A stretch of 60,000 nucleotides of DNA, from the NCBI GenBank assembly GCA_038087875.1, contig CM075989.1, forward strand, positions 20,152,001 through 20,212,000, written 5' to 3'. Origin of the DNA: Malacoraja senta. Its lineage: Eukaryota. A program made the position numbers and the translations under genes. The notes beneath the pieces are model-generated. The model was not told where the DNA came from. It made no database searches and saw only the letters and a program-made list of their open reading frames with translations. Shown piece by piece: positions 24,097 to 36,450 of the stretch (positions are counted from its first letter, which is position 1; every line of letters starts with the position of its first letter).

Positions 24097-26944
24097 AATG
24101 ATATTAGTTTAGTTTATTGTCTCATGTACCGAGGTACAGTAAAAAGCTTTCCTGTTTTGATTTGCTGTTCAATCCACTAGTATTTTATCCAACTTAACTG
24201 TAGTTTCTGCGTTTCCTCGTCCGATTCTACTGCACCTTCCATTTTGGTATTCTCTGCAGATTTAGCCAATTTGCTTTGAGTTTCAGAATGCAAATTGTTG
24301 ATGTAAATTAGAAACAGTAGTTGTCCCAGCACTGAGCCCTGGGGCAACTCACAGCAACCACCACCAAACTGAGCATGAATTCCTCATTAGTGACCGTTCC
24401 GTTTAACCCTTCAATTCACTTTGTATTCCTTCAATCTCCAACCCTTCAATCTCCAAGTTATACCTTAAATTCCTACAGCTTCTTAGTCTAACATGTAACC
24501 TTTGACATGGCATTTGCCTTTTGAGATCCAAGTAATATTTTGACATTTTAAATATTTTCATAGGTTCAAACCCAGCAAATTTAAAAATAACATTAATTTA
24601 TGTGTGTAAAGGTAGGTAGGTATCACTACAACCATATGTTTACAACCATTTAGTTTGAAAATCATCGTTGCCTGTTTCCCTCATTACAGAAATTGTACTG
24701 AACTACTTCATATGCTTCACACATGCAAAACATATTGCTGTTTTTAATAAATGCCTCATTAATGTTTGAATTCTCTGCAAGCATTGAAATTTAATTAACT
24801 GCATCTCTGTGTGTCAAGTTTCATAACTCTAATTAACTATGAGAGGACTACTGCACATACACCACCATGAGCAAATAAAAAAATAACTCAATCTTTCTCG
24901 CTCTGCACAAGACCTGCAGCATTCCAAGAACAAGGTTCACTTCAATGGCAAATGGGGAAGGGAATTAATCGCTGGCCTTTTGGATATGGATATCCTAATG
25001 GATATTTTTAAGGCAGAGATTGATAGATTCTTGATTAGTACGGATGTCGGGGGTTATGGGGAGAAGGCAGGAGAATGGGGTTGAGAGGGAAAGGTAGATC
25101 AACCGTAATTGAATGGCAGAGTAGACTTGATGGGCCAAAATGGCCTAATTCTGCTCCTATCACCTAAGACGTTATCCTGTAAATGACTGTAAAAAAGGAT
25201 ATTCAATACCTGAGTGAAAGCATTTTTGCCACTGAGCAACTTGTTTCTTAATTAATCCCTATTCCGGAGATCTGAACATATAATAAGGTGACACTTCACT
25301 AGATGGGAGCATTATTATATGGAGTGAAACATCCTTCAGGTAGTATTTTAAACTACATATCTGATTGTCCTTCAGATTATTCAAAGAGAGGGTATCTGGG
25401 ATATACAATGTTTTTAAGGTTAGATGGATTGTTGATAAGAAATGGGGTAAGCGGTTACAGGGCAAGATGGAAGGTTACAGGGCAGAATCGAAGAATGGTC
25501 TCGACCCGAAACTTCACCCATTCCTTCTCTCCAGAGATGCTGCCCATCTCGCTAAGTTACTCCAGCATTTTGTGTCTACCAGCAGAGTTTATATTTCAGG
25601 TTGTCAAAAACTAGGAAAGAGATCAAACAAGAATGGTGGGGACCCTTCTTCAAGCAAAACACACATCACCTACTCATTGTCACCACAGCTTTGCCGACTC
25701 GCTGAGTTACTTCAGCACTTTGTGTTTTTATTATCCCAATTGTCTGCTGTAAGTTATTGTGATAATGAGAGGCAGCATCAGGGAATGGAATCAGGGAATT
25801 TCCCATTGATGGAAATGGGGAGCGGATAAAATAAGATCACTGTAAATGGATGGTGACGATGATTGTGGCATCAAAGAGCTGAAGGGACTGTTCCCAAGTT
25901 ATATGAGTATTGGGTAAATGGCAAATGATGTACTATAAACACATACAAAGTGAATGCATTGTGCTTTTGGAATAGAGTATGAGGTAATGCTATTTTTCCA
26001 TTCAGTTCCCAAGAAATTATTTATTCTCGGTTTATATTACTAATTGAATAATAGGCAGCTATTTATGAGGTGGCAAACAGCTGCCACAGCAGTTTAATGT
26101 TATAATTGTCAAGAGGAAGAATAAATAATCATAGAGGCTCAACAATTTCCAGATTGTTTATTGCATGATTCAAAAACTGAGGTGCAAAGAGGGATGGTTT
26201 GATGTTTAACCCCCTTGATGCACGGGCAAAGCTTTCAAGTGATGACATAATGTTTTGATCACTCTAACACTGCTCTTCTGTTCCTTACTTAAGGATTGCT
26301 GTCCAGTATAAACAACAAACCTTGCCTACTTCTCCTAATCTGAAGCTAATAGAGGACTCGAGGGTCTCCAATGAGGTAGATAGTAGCTCAGGACTCTCAA
26401 GGAAATTAAATTTAGCAGACGAAACAGTGTTTTTTAAACAACCAATTTTTGCAGGTGATTGCATTGTGACTGCATTGATGCAGTTGGAGAAACAAACTGC
26501 AGATCTTGAGTAAAAAAGTGCTGGAGGAACTCAGCAGGTCGGGCAGCATCTGTGGATGGAATGGATGGGCGACGTTTTACGTTTAGATTCTTCTATCAGT
26601 CTTAAGAAGGGTCCTGACCTGAAACGTTGCCTGTCCAATCCCTCCACATTTGCTGCCCACCCACTGAGTTCCTCCAGCACTTTTTGCATCCATATAGTTA
26701 TCTAGTGTCAGCAACCATTATATTATATGGCAAAATCAAAGGCAATGGGAAAACGGCATGTGGCCACCAGCAAAATTCTATGTGATATTTCATATGCCAT
26801 TTCCAAACCGGTCTATATCTCTCTGATATAGTCCATCTCTCTGATATAGCACCATCGTCAGACCCCACGTTCCTTTGTATCATCAGCAAACATGTATAGT
26901 TTACACTTGACCATGCCTCCCCCCCCCCCCCCCCTTAATAGATC

Positions 26945-27285
26945 AGCCTTTTTTCCCCCAGTGTAGAGGATGCTCAAACCTAGAGGGCAAAGGTTTAAAA
27001 TGAAAGGGGAGAGATTGAAGAGTGACATCAAGGCAATAGTTTCACTCTGAAGAAGTCCATATCTGGAATGAGCTGCCAGAGGAAACTATAGAAGGGGATA
27101 TACTGTAATTATGACTTTTAAAAGGCATTTGGCCAGGCGCATGGAAAGGAAGGGTTTACTGGGATATGGACCAAATGCAGGCAAATGGTATGCCAACTTG
27201 GTATACCCAGTATGCCAATTTGATCAGCATTGACAAGCTGGGCCAATGGGTCTGTTTTCATGCTGTATAGCTCTGTGACTCTATC
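26945..27285 (+). mobile_element. CR1 LINE 3' fragment (older subfamily)
   Basis: CTAGAGGGCAAAGGTTTAAA...TGGAATGAGCTGCCAGAGG...GGGCC..TGTTTTCATGCTGTA tail. Confidence 0.75.
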
Positions 27286-30200
27286 ACGAACAACTCGGGT
27301 TGGGATTAGGGAAGCCATCAGGTATTCCTCCGTTAGCCATTTCTCAGTCTCTTACCTTTAAAATGGCCCATTTATTCCTTCTCCCTGTTTTCCATCTACA
27401 AACCAGTTTTTATTCCATGCAATATTACCCTGAATTCCAGGTGCTCTGATCTTGTTTAATAAACTCTTGTGTGATACCTGATCAAAGGCCTTCTGAATGT
27501 CTAAGTAGGTCACATCTACTGGTTAACCATCATCAATTCTGGTAGCTACAACTTCAAAAACCTCGAAGAGATTTGTTGAAGATGATTTTTGTTCCATACA
27601 TCCATGTTCCTATCATTACCTTCTCTGTCCCACCACCTTATTAATAAATTCTAGCACTTTCACAACTTTTTCCATTAATTTCCGGAGGCGTCCCCCAGTC
27701 ATGCTGCAGATACCGAGGGAGAAACATGCGTGGTTAGTTAATTTATAAAACCAGGCCCTACTGCATTAAACATTTTAGATTTTGAGTGTTTATTCAATTA
27801 TTTAACGGGAGAATTGTGGCAGAATCTTCCTCCACATCTGCTTCCTCTACCCTTTCCCCTTTCCTTGTCATTGCACCAAGCTCACATTACAGTTGCACAG
27901 TATCTAGCAGGCAGCAATGTTAAAATCCGTCAAATGATAGCTACAGCTGGTGAAAACCAATCTGAAGTAGGCTGCCAGTTGATAATCAGTTGAAATATTA
28001 TGTGTGGTGGGTGTGGTACGGTTGCTGGTCTTCAATGCACATTCAACATGTGGCTTCTATTTGGCAGCACTGGCATCAAATTAGCATCACGTTCAGATGT
28101 CAAAACATGCCCGTCCTGCTTCCCACAGAGGACGGTTCAGATCCACCATCCTCTGGGATATAGGCTCAGCAAGCTGGTTGTGCAGAACTCACAGTGCTCA
28201 AAAGACAAATCGCAAGGACACCCTCTAAACATCTCTGAGGGAGTCTGATTGACACTGGTCATTGGGAAGTTCAAGGAATGAATTAACCACTTTGGTGGCA
28301 ACGTTGATATGAGGGATTATCCCACTTTGAAGAACCACTTTTTATCAGGCAGCAAGATAAAGCAAACAGAAGTGAATGACAAAGACCATAGACAAGTCTT
28401 CCCTTGATCAATATAGGTGACATCATTTACAGGTTTAGTCACAGGTGAGCAGTTTGTTATCAAATGTCCTGAGGGACAGGATAAATTAGCATTTAGAAAA
28501 ATGCATGTTAGGTAAGAATAGTTGATAAAATGTATGCAAACTGCATTAAATGCAGTATCATTCAATATCCTTTAGTGACTCATCCACCACCTGTAAACAT
28601 TCAATCAGGGGTGGCCGTGTTTGCCTGAATTTTTTTAAAACAAGTTGAATCACAAAAGGTACCACATTTGGTGTAGTTTGCATGAATTTTTTGCAAGGTG
28701 TTTGATAAACTACCACATTGCAATATCAGTAAAATAAAAACGCATCCTCAAAAGGCGCCACAAAAGTGCGTGTCTGGCTTTCTGTCAACTGAAGAAGTTA
28801 TATTTTTAAAAGGCAAAACATTTTGGAAATTACTGGTATTTCCAACCTATATATTATGAAGCTTCTTCATTTGACTGGCTTTTCTTTCTTCAGGTTATCT
28901 CTAAATCCATTGGCAAAGATCAATTGTATATCACTAATAAGCTTTTGTCACAGTAAATTTGACACATAGTCTATATGAACATAAGTTTAATTTTTTTATG
29001 ATTTATAATGCACTTTTGGGAAATCATTGCTGGATACCAGTTACGCAATTATCCATGACATGCAGAGAACATTATACAACATTATCTCTAATTCACAGGA
29101 GTTAGAGACAATGCAGTGAATCTGCCACCACTCCAGTACAAAGCAGTTGTGAAACATATGATGAAACAAGAAGAATATCCTATTTACCGCTTAAAAGTAG
29201 TGACAAAATGTAACGTCCTGCTTTGAATTGGAATTGAATTGCCTGTTTAATATCAAACTTCATTGTGACATCAAACTAAGGTGTAATCAAATTTCTTGGC
29301 TACTTTAGTGTCTTAAAACTTGCTTGTGCTTCATGCTCGTGCTAAATCAAGCAAAACAAGTTAATAAATAGTCATAAAGATGTTTGAAAGAGTGTTTGGG
29401 TGATTTACCTCGCGTGTCTCACCTCCAGAGCCTTCTCTTTATGTGGAGGATTGAAAATGACAAGAATGTATGAGAGTGTTGGGGGAAGGTGAAGGTTTGT
29501 GCAGGAAAGCATGACAGTGCAATGAATAGATCCACCTTTTATGACCCAAACCAAACACTACTTCTAGAGTTGTACCTTGAAGTGATCAAATGGTGTAATG
29601 ATTAGTTAATTTAATTTGGAGTCTCAAGAAGAACTCTCTCATGATTGAATGAACATCGACTTCATCGCTTGAATTGTTAGACCAGAAGACATAGGAGCAG
29701 AATTAGGCCATTCAGCCCATTAAGTCTACTCCACCATTCAATCATGGCTGGTCTATTTTTCCCTCTCAACCCCATTCTTCAGTCTTCTCCACATAACCTC
29801 AATGCATCTCTTAAGTACTGTTCTGAACACTATGTAACGTGCATAGCTTTCAGCTGTTAAGTATCATTGCTGATTAGCCATCATTGATGTTGAGTAGCAG
29901 TTCAAGGGTTCAACTAACAGAGTGGAAGTGGTCTGAGGAAAGTACAATTGGGGCAGAAATTTGAGTTCTTTAAGTAGGTAGGACTCGTTCGCATTAATTA
30001 GTAACAGGGAATCATTCATTACTGTGTTATATTTTGTGTAGCTGAATTTGCCCAGCAGGTGAGAGGAAATTTTATGCTTCATTTGTGTTCTTTATCATTG
30101 TCAAGAATTGTAATGTCGAGATTGGTGTGGGCTTGCCTTGAGAATGATTATATTGTAAGAAAATTGTCTCTCATGAAGGAAAACATTATTTCCTGCCTTC

Positions 30201-31289
30201 CTTCCCCATCTAGCAAGCTTGCTACTTTATTACCTGTTTTGCAGTTTTTGATTTTTGGCTGCGCCTTGTGACTCCAGATAGGTTGGAGAGCTCCATGTTG
30301 TTTTTCCTCTATCATGATTGCTGCCTGTGATTGTAGATCTTGCAAGATGCCACTTTGAAGTCTCTGCAACCTGGATTGGTGATTACTGTAGTGTCCTCGT
30401 CAAATGATGGAGGCAGTAAAGTCTCATGTTTAGAAGGCTAGTGGGAGTTTCCACAGCAATGTCTGGTCATTTGTGTAATACTTGGTATGTGGGTGCTCGG
30501 CTACTGTGTTAGGAGTATAAACGGGTATGATGACCCAGGGAAATATAAGTGGGGCAAGTTTAAAACAAAAAATCTACACGGGGCGTTGAGTACCTGGAAT
30601 ATGCTGCCAGGGGTGATATTGGAGGCAAATACGATAGTGGTATTTAAGAGACTTTTGGACAGGCACATGAATATGTAGAGATATAGATTATGTGCAGGTA
30701 GATATGAGGTGGTATTGGCATCATGTTTGGCACAGACATTGTGGGCTGAAGGGCCTATTCCGGTGCTGTACTGTTCTATATCCAGGAATCTCCAGGATTG
30801 ATCTTCCTAGGATTATTCCCAGGAGTCCTCGTAAGCTCAACAATTCAGTCAGTGCTTGGGGTTTCTCAGTGGCCAGTGTACTATTTGTTCCTCATTAAAA
30901 TTAACCTAGATGGAATTGTTTGTTTTCAAATACGATGACTGTGACCGCTCTGATGCAATGATGAGCGGCGAGCTGTGAAAATGTGGTGGAGCAACTTGGA
31001 AAGAGCAAGTGGTAAGGAAGTTGAGAGTTGGGTTGACCTTGAACTTGGCAGACCAGACGTGGGAGTAAAGCCAAAGGTCGGCGAGAGTTTTGGAAAATCT
31101 GAGCTTGCTAAATGTTGCTAATCAGAGCTGTCTAGGATAGACAAACAACGCTGAGTGCCCAGCCACAGCCATAACAATGTCTTTAGGACAACTACCCGTG
31201 TTACTATATGGTGAAGAAAACATTCCCTCTCTGTTTAAGCATTCCTGTTCGGCTTTGGAAGGTGCCAGAGCTTTCTGCGGTCATCACCA

Positions 31290-31690
31290 TCAAAGCCCAC
31301 CATAGACAGGATCTATAGGAGGCACTGCCTCAAAAAGGCAGCCAGCATCGTCAAGATCCCTTGCCACCCTGGCCGCACTCTCGTATCACTCCTGCCATCA
31401 GGAAGAAGGTACAGGAGCCTGTGAGCTCCAGGGTCAGGAACAGCTTCTTCCCAACAACCATCAGGCTCTTGAACACTGCAACACCAACTAAACTATGAAC
31501 CACTAGTTGTCTTAGATGCACTTGGAGCCTTCGGCTTTTTATTGTTGTAATATTGGGAGTTTTCCTTAATTTAACTATTTTTGATTTTATCTATGAGTAC
31601 TGAGTTTACAGACCTGTTGTGCTGCTGCAAGTAAGAATTTCATTGTTCTGTTTTCCTTACATATTACTATTAAATGCTATTGACTCTCTG
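31290..31690 (+). mobile_element. Rex1/Babar-type LINE 3' fragment
   Basis: CLKKAASIVKDPCHPGRTLVSLLPSGRRYRSL...NSFFPTTIRLLN followed by a U-rich 3' UTR. Confidence 0.8.
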
Positions 31691-31749
31691 AAGTTGCCCA
31701 CTGAAATCTCCCTATGCCAGCAGAATATCTGTTAAGTAGCAAATTAATA

Positions 31750-32135
31750 CAAAGATTTATGAGGACGATGCCAGGAGTTGAAGGCCTGAGCTATAGAGGT
31801 AGGTGGGCAGGCTAGGACTTTATTCCTTGTAGCACAGGAGGTTAAGGAGTGATCTTATAAAGGTGTGTGTATAAAACAAATAATGAAGAGTATACAGTCC
31901 GTTACCCAGAATAGGGGACTCCAGAACAGAGGAGATGGGTTAAGGAGAAAGGGGAAAGATTTAATAAGAACCCGAGGAGCAACTTTTTCACGGTGGTGGG
32001 TATCTGGAATGAGCTACCAGAGGAGGTAGTTGAAGCAGGTACCATAACAGTATTTAAAAGACACCTGGACAGGTATGTGGATAGGAAAGGTTTAGAGGGT
32101 TATGGGCCAAATACAAGTAAATGGGACTCGCAAGA
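31750..32135 (+). mobile_element. CR1 LINE 3' fragment hosting the Helitron
   Basis: Degenerate RFMRTMPG..GLSY..RLGLYSL, WNELPEEVVEAG; the tail appears to resume at ~33768. Confidence 0.8.
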
Positions 32136-32430
32136 TATAATACTAGACTAAGTGGGACCCGTTGGGTCCCATGTTCACACGGGAGGGCTGTTCCTCAAAA
32201 GCAATATTCCACCTCTCCACCAATTCTAATATTGGTGGCCAGTGGCGGGGCTTTCTGGAGCGCTAGTATGGGTGTTGTGGGCTGAAGGGACTAGTTTCCA
32301 GAGGGCTAGCATGGACATTGTGGGCCAAATGGATTCTTGGGGTGGCAGCTCAGTCACTCAAGCCTGATGTGCGGGCAGCTCACTCATGGCTGGTGGGCAT
32401 GCCGTTGACTCACGGCTATTCCTTGAAATT

Positions 32431-32686
32431 CCATTTCAAGCAGGGTGCAAAGCCACCAAATTCAAATGCAGTTTCCTACCATTTCAAGCAGGGTGCAAGG
32501 CCACCAAATTCAATTGCAGTTTCCGACCACTTCAAGCAGGGTGCAAGGTCACTAAATTCAAGTGCAGTTTCATGCCACTTCAAGCAGGTTGCAAGGCCAC
32601 TAAATTCAAGTGCAGTTTCATGCCACTTCAAGCAGAGTGCAGGGCCACCAAACTCAAGTGCAGTTTCCTACCACTTCAAGCAGGGT
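32431..32686. repeat. 48-bp minisatellite (~5.3 copies) inside Helitron
   Basis: Unit CCA(T/C)TTCAAGCAGGGTGCAAGGCCACCAAATTCAAGTGCAGTTTCCTA, starting at 32431, 32479, ... Confidence 0.95.
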
Positions 32687-33091
32687 GAAACCACCATAAA
32701 ACCACACAAAACACCACATAAACACCACACTCACAGTTCAGTAGACATTCAGTGTGTTCAGTTGATTCACAGCTCAGACAGAGCCGTGACCTCTCCCTCC
32801 CCCATCTTGCAGAGACTGAGCCACACACACTCTTCTGGGTTTTATAATCCCTCCCCCCTCCCACCGGAAGGGGCGTGGCCTTCATGGCGTGATTGAGAGG
32901 AGAGAGATTCTCAACATTTTGAAAACACTAATAACACTTTTATTTTTCATTGATGAGAAGAATCCTCTGCACCTGATGAGCGGAGGGGGTCTGAGTAAAA
33001 TGGCCAAAAATTACAGCCGTAAGTGGTAGCGTTTTATCTAAAATCAATATACAGTGCAAACAGGAAGTTGTCAAGTTTTGATTTTTTATCC

Positions 33092-33358
33092 TGTGCTTTA
33101 TTTCGAAGCAACCACCACCAACAACCATTTGCTGTGCTTTATTTCGAACCAACCACGACCAACAACCATTTGCTGTGCTTTATTTCGAACCAACCACCAC
33201 CAACAACCATTTGCTGTGCTTTATTTTGAACCAACCACGACCAACAACCATTTGCTGTGCTTTATTTCGAACCAACCTCCACCAACAACCATTTGAGTAC
33301 TTTATTTGAACCAACCACCACCAACAACCATTTGCTGTGCTTTATTTCAAACCAACCA
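33092..33358. repeat. 41-bp minisatellite (~6.5 copies) inside Helitron
   Basis: Unit TGTGCTTTATTTCGAACCAACCACCACCAACAACCATTTGC, starting at 33092, 33133, 33174, ... Confidence 0.95.
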
Positions 33359-35151
33359 CATTTTCATTTCAAACCACATTAAGGGCACTCAAGGTCAGTA
33401 AAACCACACTCACAGTTTAGTAGAAATATGTTCAGTGTTATTCACAGCTCAGACAGAGACGTGACCCTCTTGCTTTCCCCATCTTGCAGAGACTGACTGA
33501 GGCACTCAACACTTCCGGGTTTTATAGTCCCTCTGGAAGGGGCGTGGCCTTCAGGAGAGAGAATCTCAACATTTTTAAAACACTAATAACTCTTTTATTT
33601 TTAATCGATGGGAAAATCCTATTGTCCTGCACAGCGGAGGGGGACTCTGAGTAAGATGGCCAAAAATCACAGCCGTAAGTGGCAGCGTTTTTTCTAAAAT
33701 CAATATACAGCACAACAGGAAGTGGTCAAGATCGGACTTTTAGTAATATAGATAACAGAATAGTAAATGGGACATCTTGGTTGCAACAAAGCTTTTTACT
33801 GCCCCTTGGTACAGGTGACAACAATCTAAACTACCAGTTGGACTACAAGGCCTGTTTCTGAGCTGTTTAGCACTGATTCTACAATGTATTCCTGATCATT
33901 GTGAGATGGTGTAGTGTGAAGCTTTGAGCTTCCTTTTGCATTATTATGGGCTGAAATAAATTTTGTCTGAATTGGGTGTGCGACCAATGCCTGGAAAATG
34001 TCAGACATGCAAACACCGATCAATGTCAAGAGTTGCTAGGTCGAACTCTATAATTGACATGTTTTTATCCAGAAACGATCGCTCATGCAAACTACTGCTG
34101 GGAAGTCAGTTTTGATATACTTAGCATTCATTAAAAAAATTGTTATGCAATCCCGTTTCCAGGCTGCTGTCTGATCCTCCATTGAGTTAAAGTAATTGAC
34201 ACACGGATTTATTTTCCCATTACTGTGAAACTCTCGCATTTATAAATACTTTTTTCTAACAACAAACTCAAATTGAAATTCTTCTCCTTTCTTTACTTTG
34301 AAATCTTTTGAAAGTAACATTGTGCTGTCAACCTTCTGGAGGTCTTATAAAATCCTATTTTGTTTATTCATTTTTCTACCATCATCACTATTATTGAAAA
34401 TTGTTGAATCTCCATACAATTATTAGGAGTATCCTAACCACAATCATCTTATGTCATCATGTTCAAAAGACAGAATAGATAATGGATACAGCTCACATTT
34501 AAATAGTTGATTCTTTTAAAGATTTTGAATTGGGTTATATTTATCGATAGGCATATTTAACATTTTTTTAAATTGCTTCCTTAAATAACAGTTTAATTTC
34601 TACTTTGATGAACAACATCACCATTATTTACCAACTCTTCATTCTTGCCATGAAAATTAAATGAAGTACAAATGCTATTGCCTTTTTCAAATCAATGTAC
34701 TTGAACATAAGTGTCCATTTCAGAACAATTTTAAGAAAGTTTAAAAGAAATCCATCACTAATCCATTGTTCAATGTTTGGGTGTTCATGCTGACCATTTA
34801 AAATGGCCTTGCATACATAATGGATTACAAGGTGCTTGAACATGCCATAGTGTGTGGTCGATGTCAGCCTGAACTTTGCGTTTAGGTCTGAAGTGGGATG
34901 TAAATCCACAACCTTCCTTCCTCACTGGAATCCTTATAAAGTGTGTTATTTCTACATCATTAAAAAAAAATAAAGGGAGAAACAAGGACCTACAATTGCT
35001 GGTTTACTAAAAAAACAAAAAGACACAAAGTGCTGGAGTAATTCAGTAACTTGCTCTCTTAAGTCATAGAGAGATCCAGTTAGGTCCTCCAGGTTCTGAA
35101 GAAGGGTCTCGACCCGAAACGTCACCCATTCCTTCTCTCCAGAGAATTTTA

Positions 35152-36450
35152 ATGGATTTACGAAAGGTAAATCATGTCTGACGAATCTTATAGAATTTTT
35201 CGAGGATGTAACTAGTAGCGTGGATAGGGGAGAACCAGTGGATGTGGTGTATCTGGACTTCCAGAAGGCTTTCGACAAGGTCCCACATAAGAGATTAGTA
35301 TACAAACTTAAAGCACATGGCATTGGGGGTTCAGTATTGATGTGGATAGAGAACTGGCTGGCAAACAGGAAGCAAAGAGTAGGAGTAAACGGGTCCTTTT
35401 CACAATGGCAGGCAGTGACTAGTGGGGTACCGCAAGGCTCAGTGCTGGGACCCCAGCTATTTACAATATATATTAATGATCTGGATGAGGGAATTGAAGG
35501 CAATATCTCCAAGTTTGCGGATGACACTAAGCTGGGGGGCAGTGTTAGCTGTGAGGAGGATGCTAGGAGACTGCAAGGTGACTTGGATAGGCTGGGTGAG
35601 TGGGCAAATGTTTGGCAGATGCAGTATAATGTGGATAAATGTGAGGTTATCCATTTTGGTGGCAAAAACAGGAAAGCAGACTATTATCTAAATGGTGGCC
35701 GACTAGGAAAAGGGGAGATGCAGCGAGACCTGGGTGTCATGGTACACCAGTCATTGAAAGTAGGCATGCAGGTGCAGCAGGCAGTGAAGAAAGTGAATGG
35801 TATGTTAGCTTTCATAGCAAAAGGATTTGAGTATAGGAGCAGGGAGGTTCTACTGCAGTTGTACAGGGTCTTGGTGAGACCACACCTGGAGTATTGTGTA
35901 CAGTTTTGGTCTCCAAATCTGAGGAAGGACATTATTGCCATAGAGGGAGTGCAGAGAAGGTTCACCAGACTGATTCCTGGGATGTCAGGACTGTCTTATG
36001 AAGAAAGACTGGATAGACTTGGTTTATACTCTCTAGAATTTAGGAGATTGAGAGGGGATCTTATAGAAACTTACAAAATTCTTAAGGGGTTGGACAGGCT
36101 AGATGCAGGAAGATTGCTCCCGATGTTGGGGAAGTCCAGGACAAGGGGTTACAGCTTAAGGATAAGGTGGAAATCCTTTAAAACCGAGATGAGAAGAACT
36201 TTTTTCACACAGAGAGTGGTGAATCTCTGGAACTCTCTGCCACAGAGGGTAGTCGAGGCCAGTTCATTGGCTATATTTAAGAGGGAGTTAGATGTGGCCC
36301 TTGTGGCTAAAGGGATCAGAGGGTATGGAGAGAAGGCAGGTACGGGATACTGAGTTGGATGATCAGCCATGATCATATTGAATGGCAGTGCAGGCTCGAA
36401 GGGCCGAATGGCCTACTCCTGCACCTAATTTCTATGTTTCTATGTTTCTA
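35152..36450 (+). mobile_element. Young 5'-truncated CR1 (HER1-type) LINE with uninterrupted RT/C-terminal ORF2
   Basis: Open frame GFTKGKSCLTNL...YLDFQKAFDKVPH...GVPQGSVLGP...FADDTK... to the stop at 36353. CR1 3' UTR and (TTTCTATG)n tail. Confidence 0.97.

Larger units (their letters stand above)
32143..33752 (-). mobile_element. Non-autonomous Helitron
   Basis: Minus-strand 5' A|TCTATATTACTAAAA. 3' hairpin TGGGACCC-AAC-GGGTCCCA, 6 nt, then CTAG|T. A/T target with no TSD; interrupts a CR1 3' tail. Confidence 0.9.

Noticed and set aside
32318..32896. 192-aa repetitive ORF (HFKQGARPPNSSAVSY)n
   Set aside because: A by-product of a 48-bp minisatellite (multiple of 3) on the strand opposite the Helitron; no splice or homology support.
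32431..33358. Regularly spaced repeats resembling a CRISPR array
   Set aside because: Units are head-to-tail tandem copies with no unique spacers, there are no cas genes, and the context is a eukaryotic Helitron.
35220..36353. 377-aa RT ORF as a host gene or retron-like system
   Set aside because: It is the C-terminal part of a 5'-truncated CR1 ORF2 with a typical 3' UTR and tail, and begins at an internal GTG.
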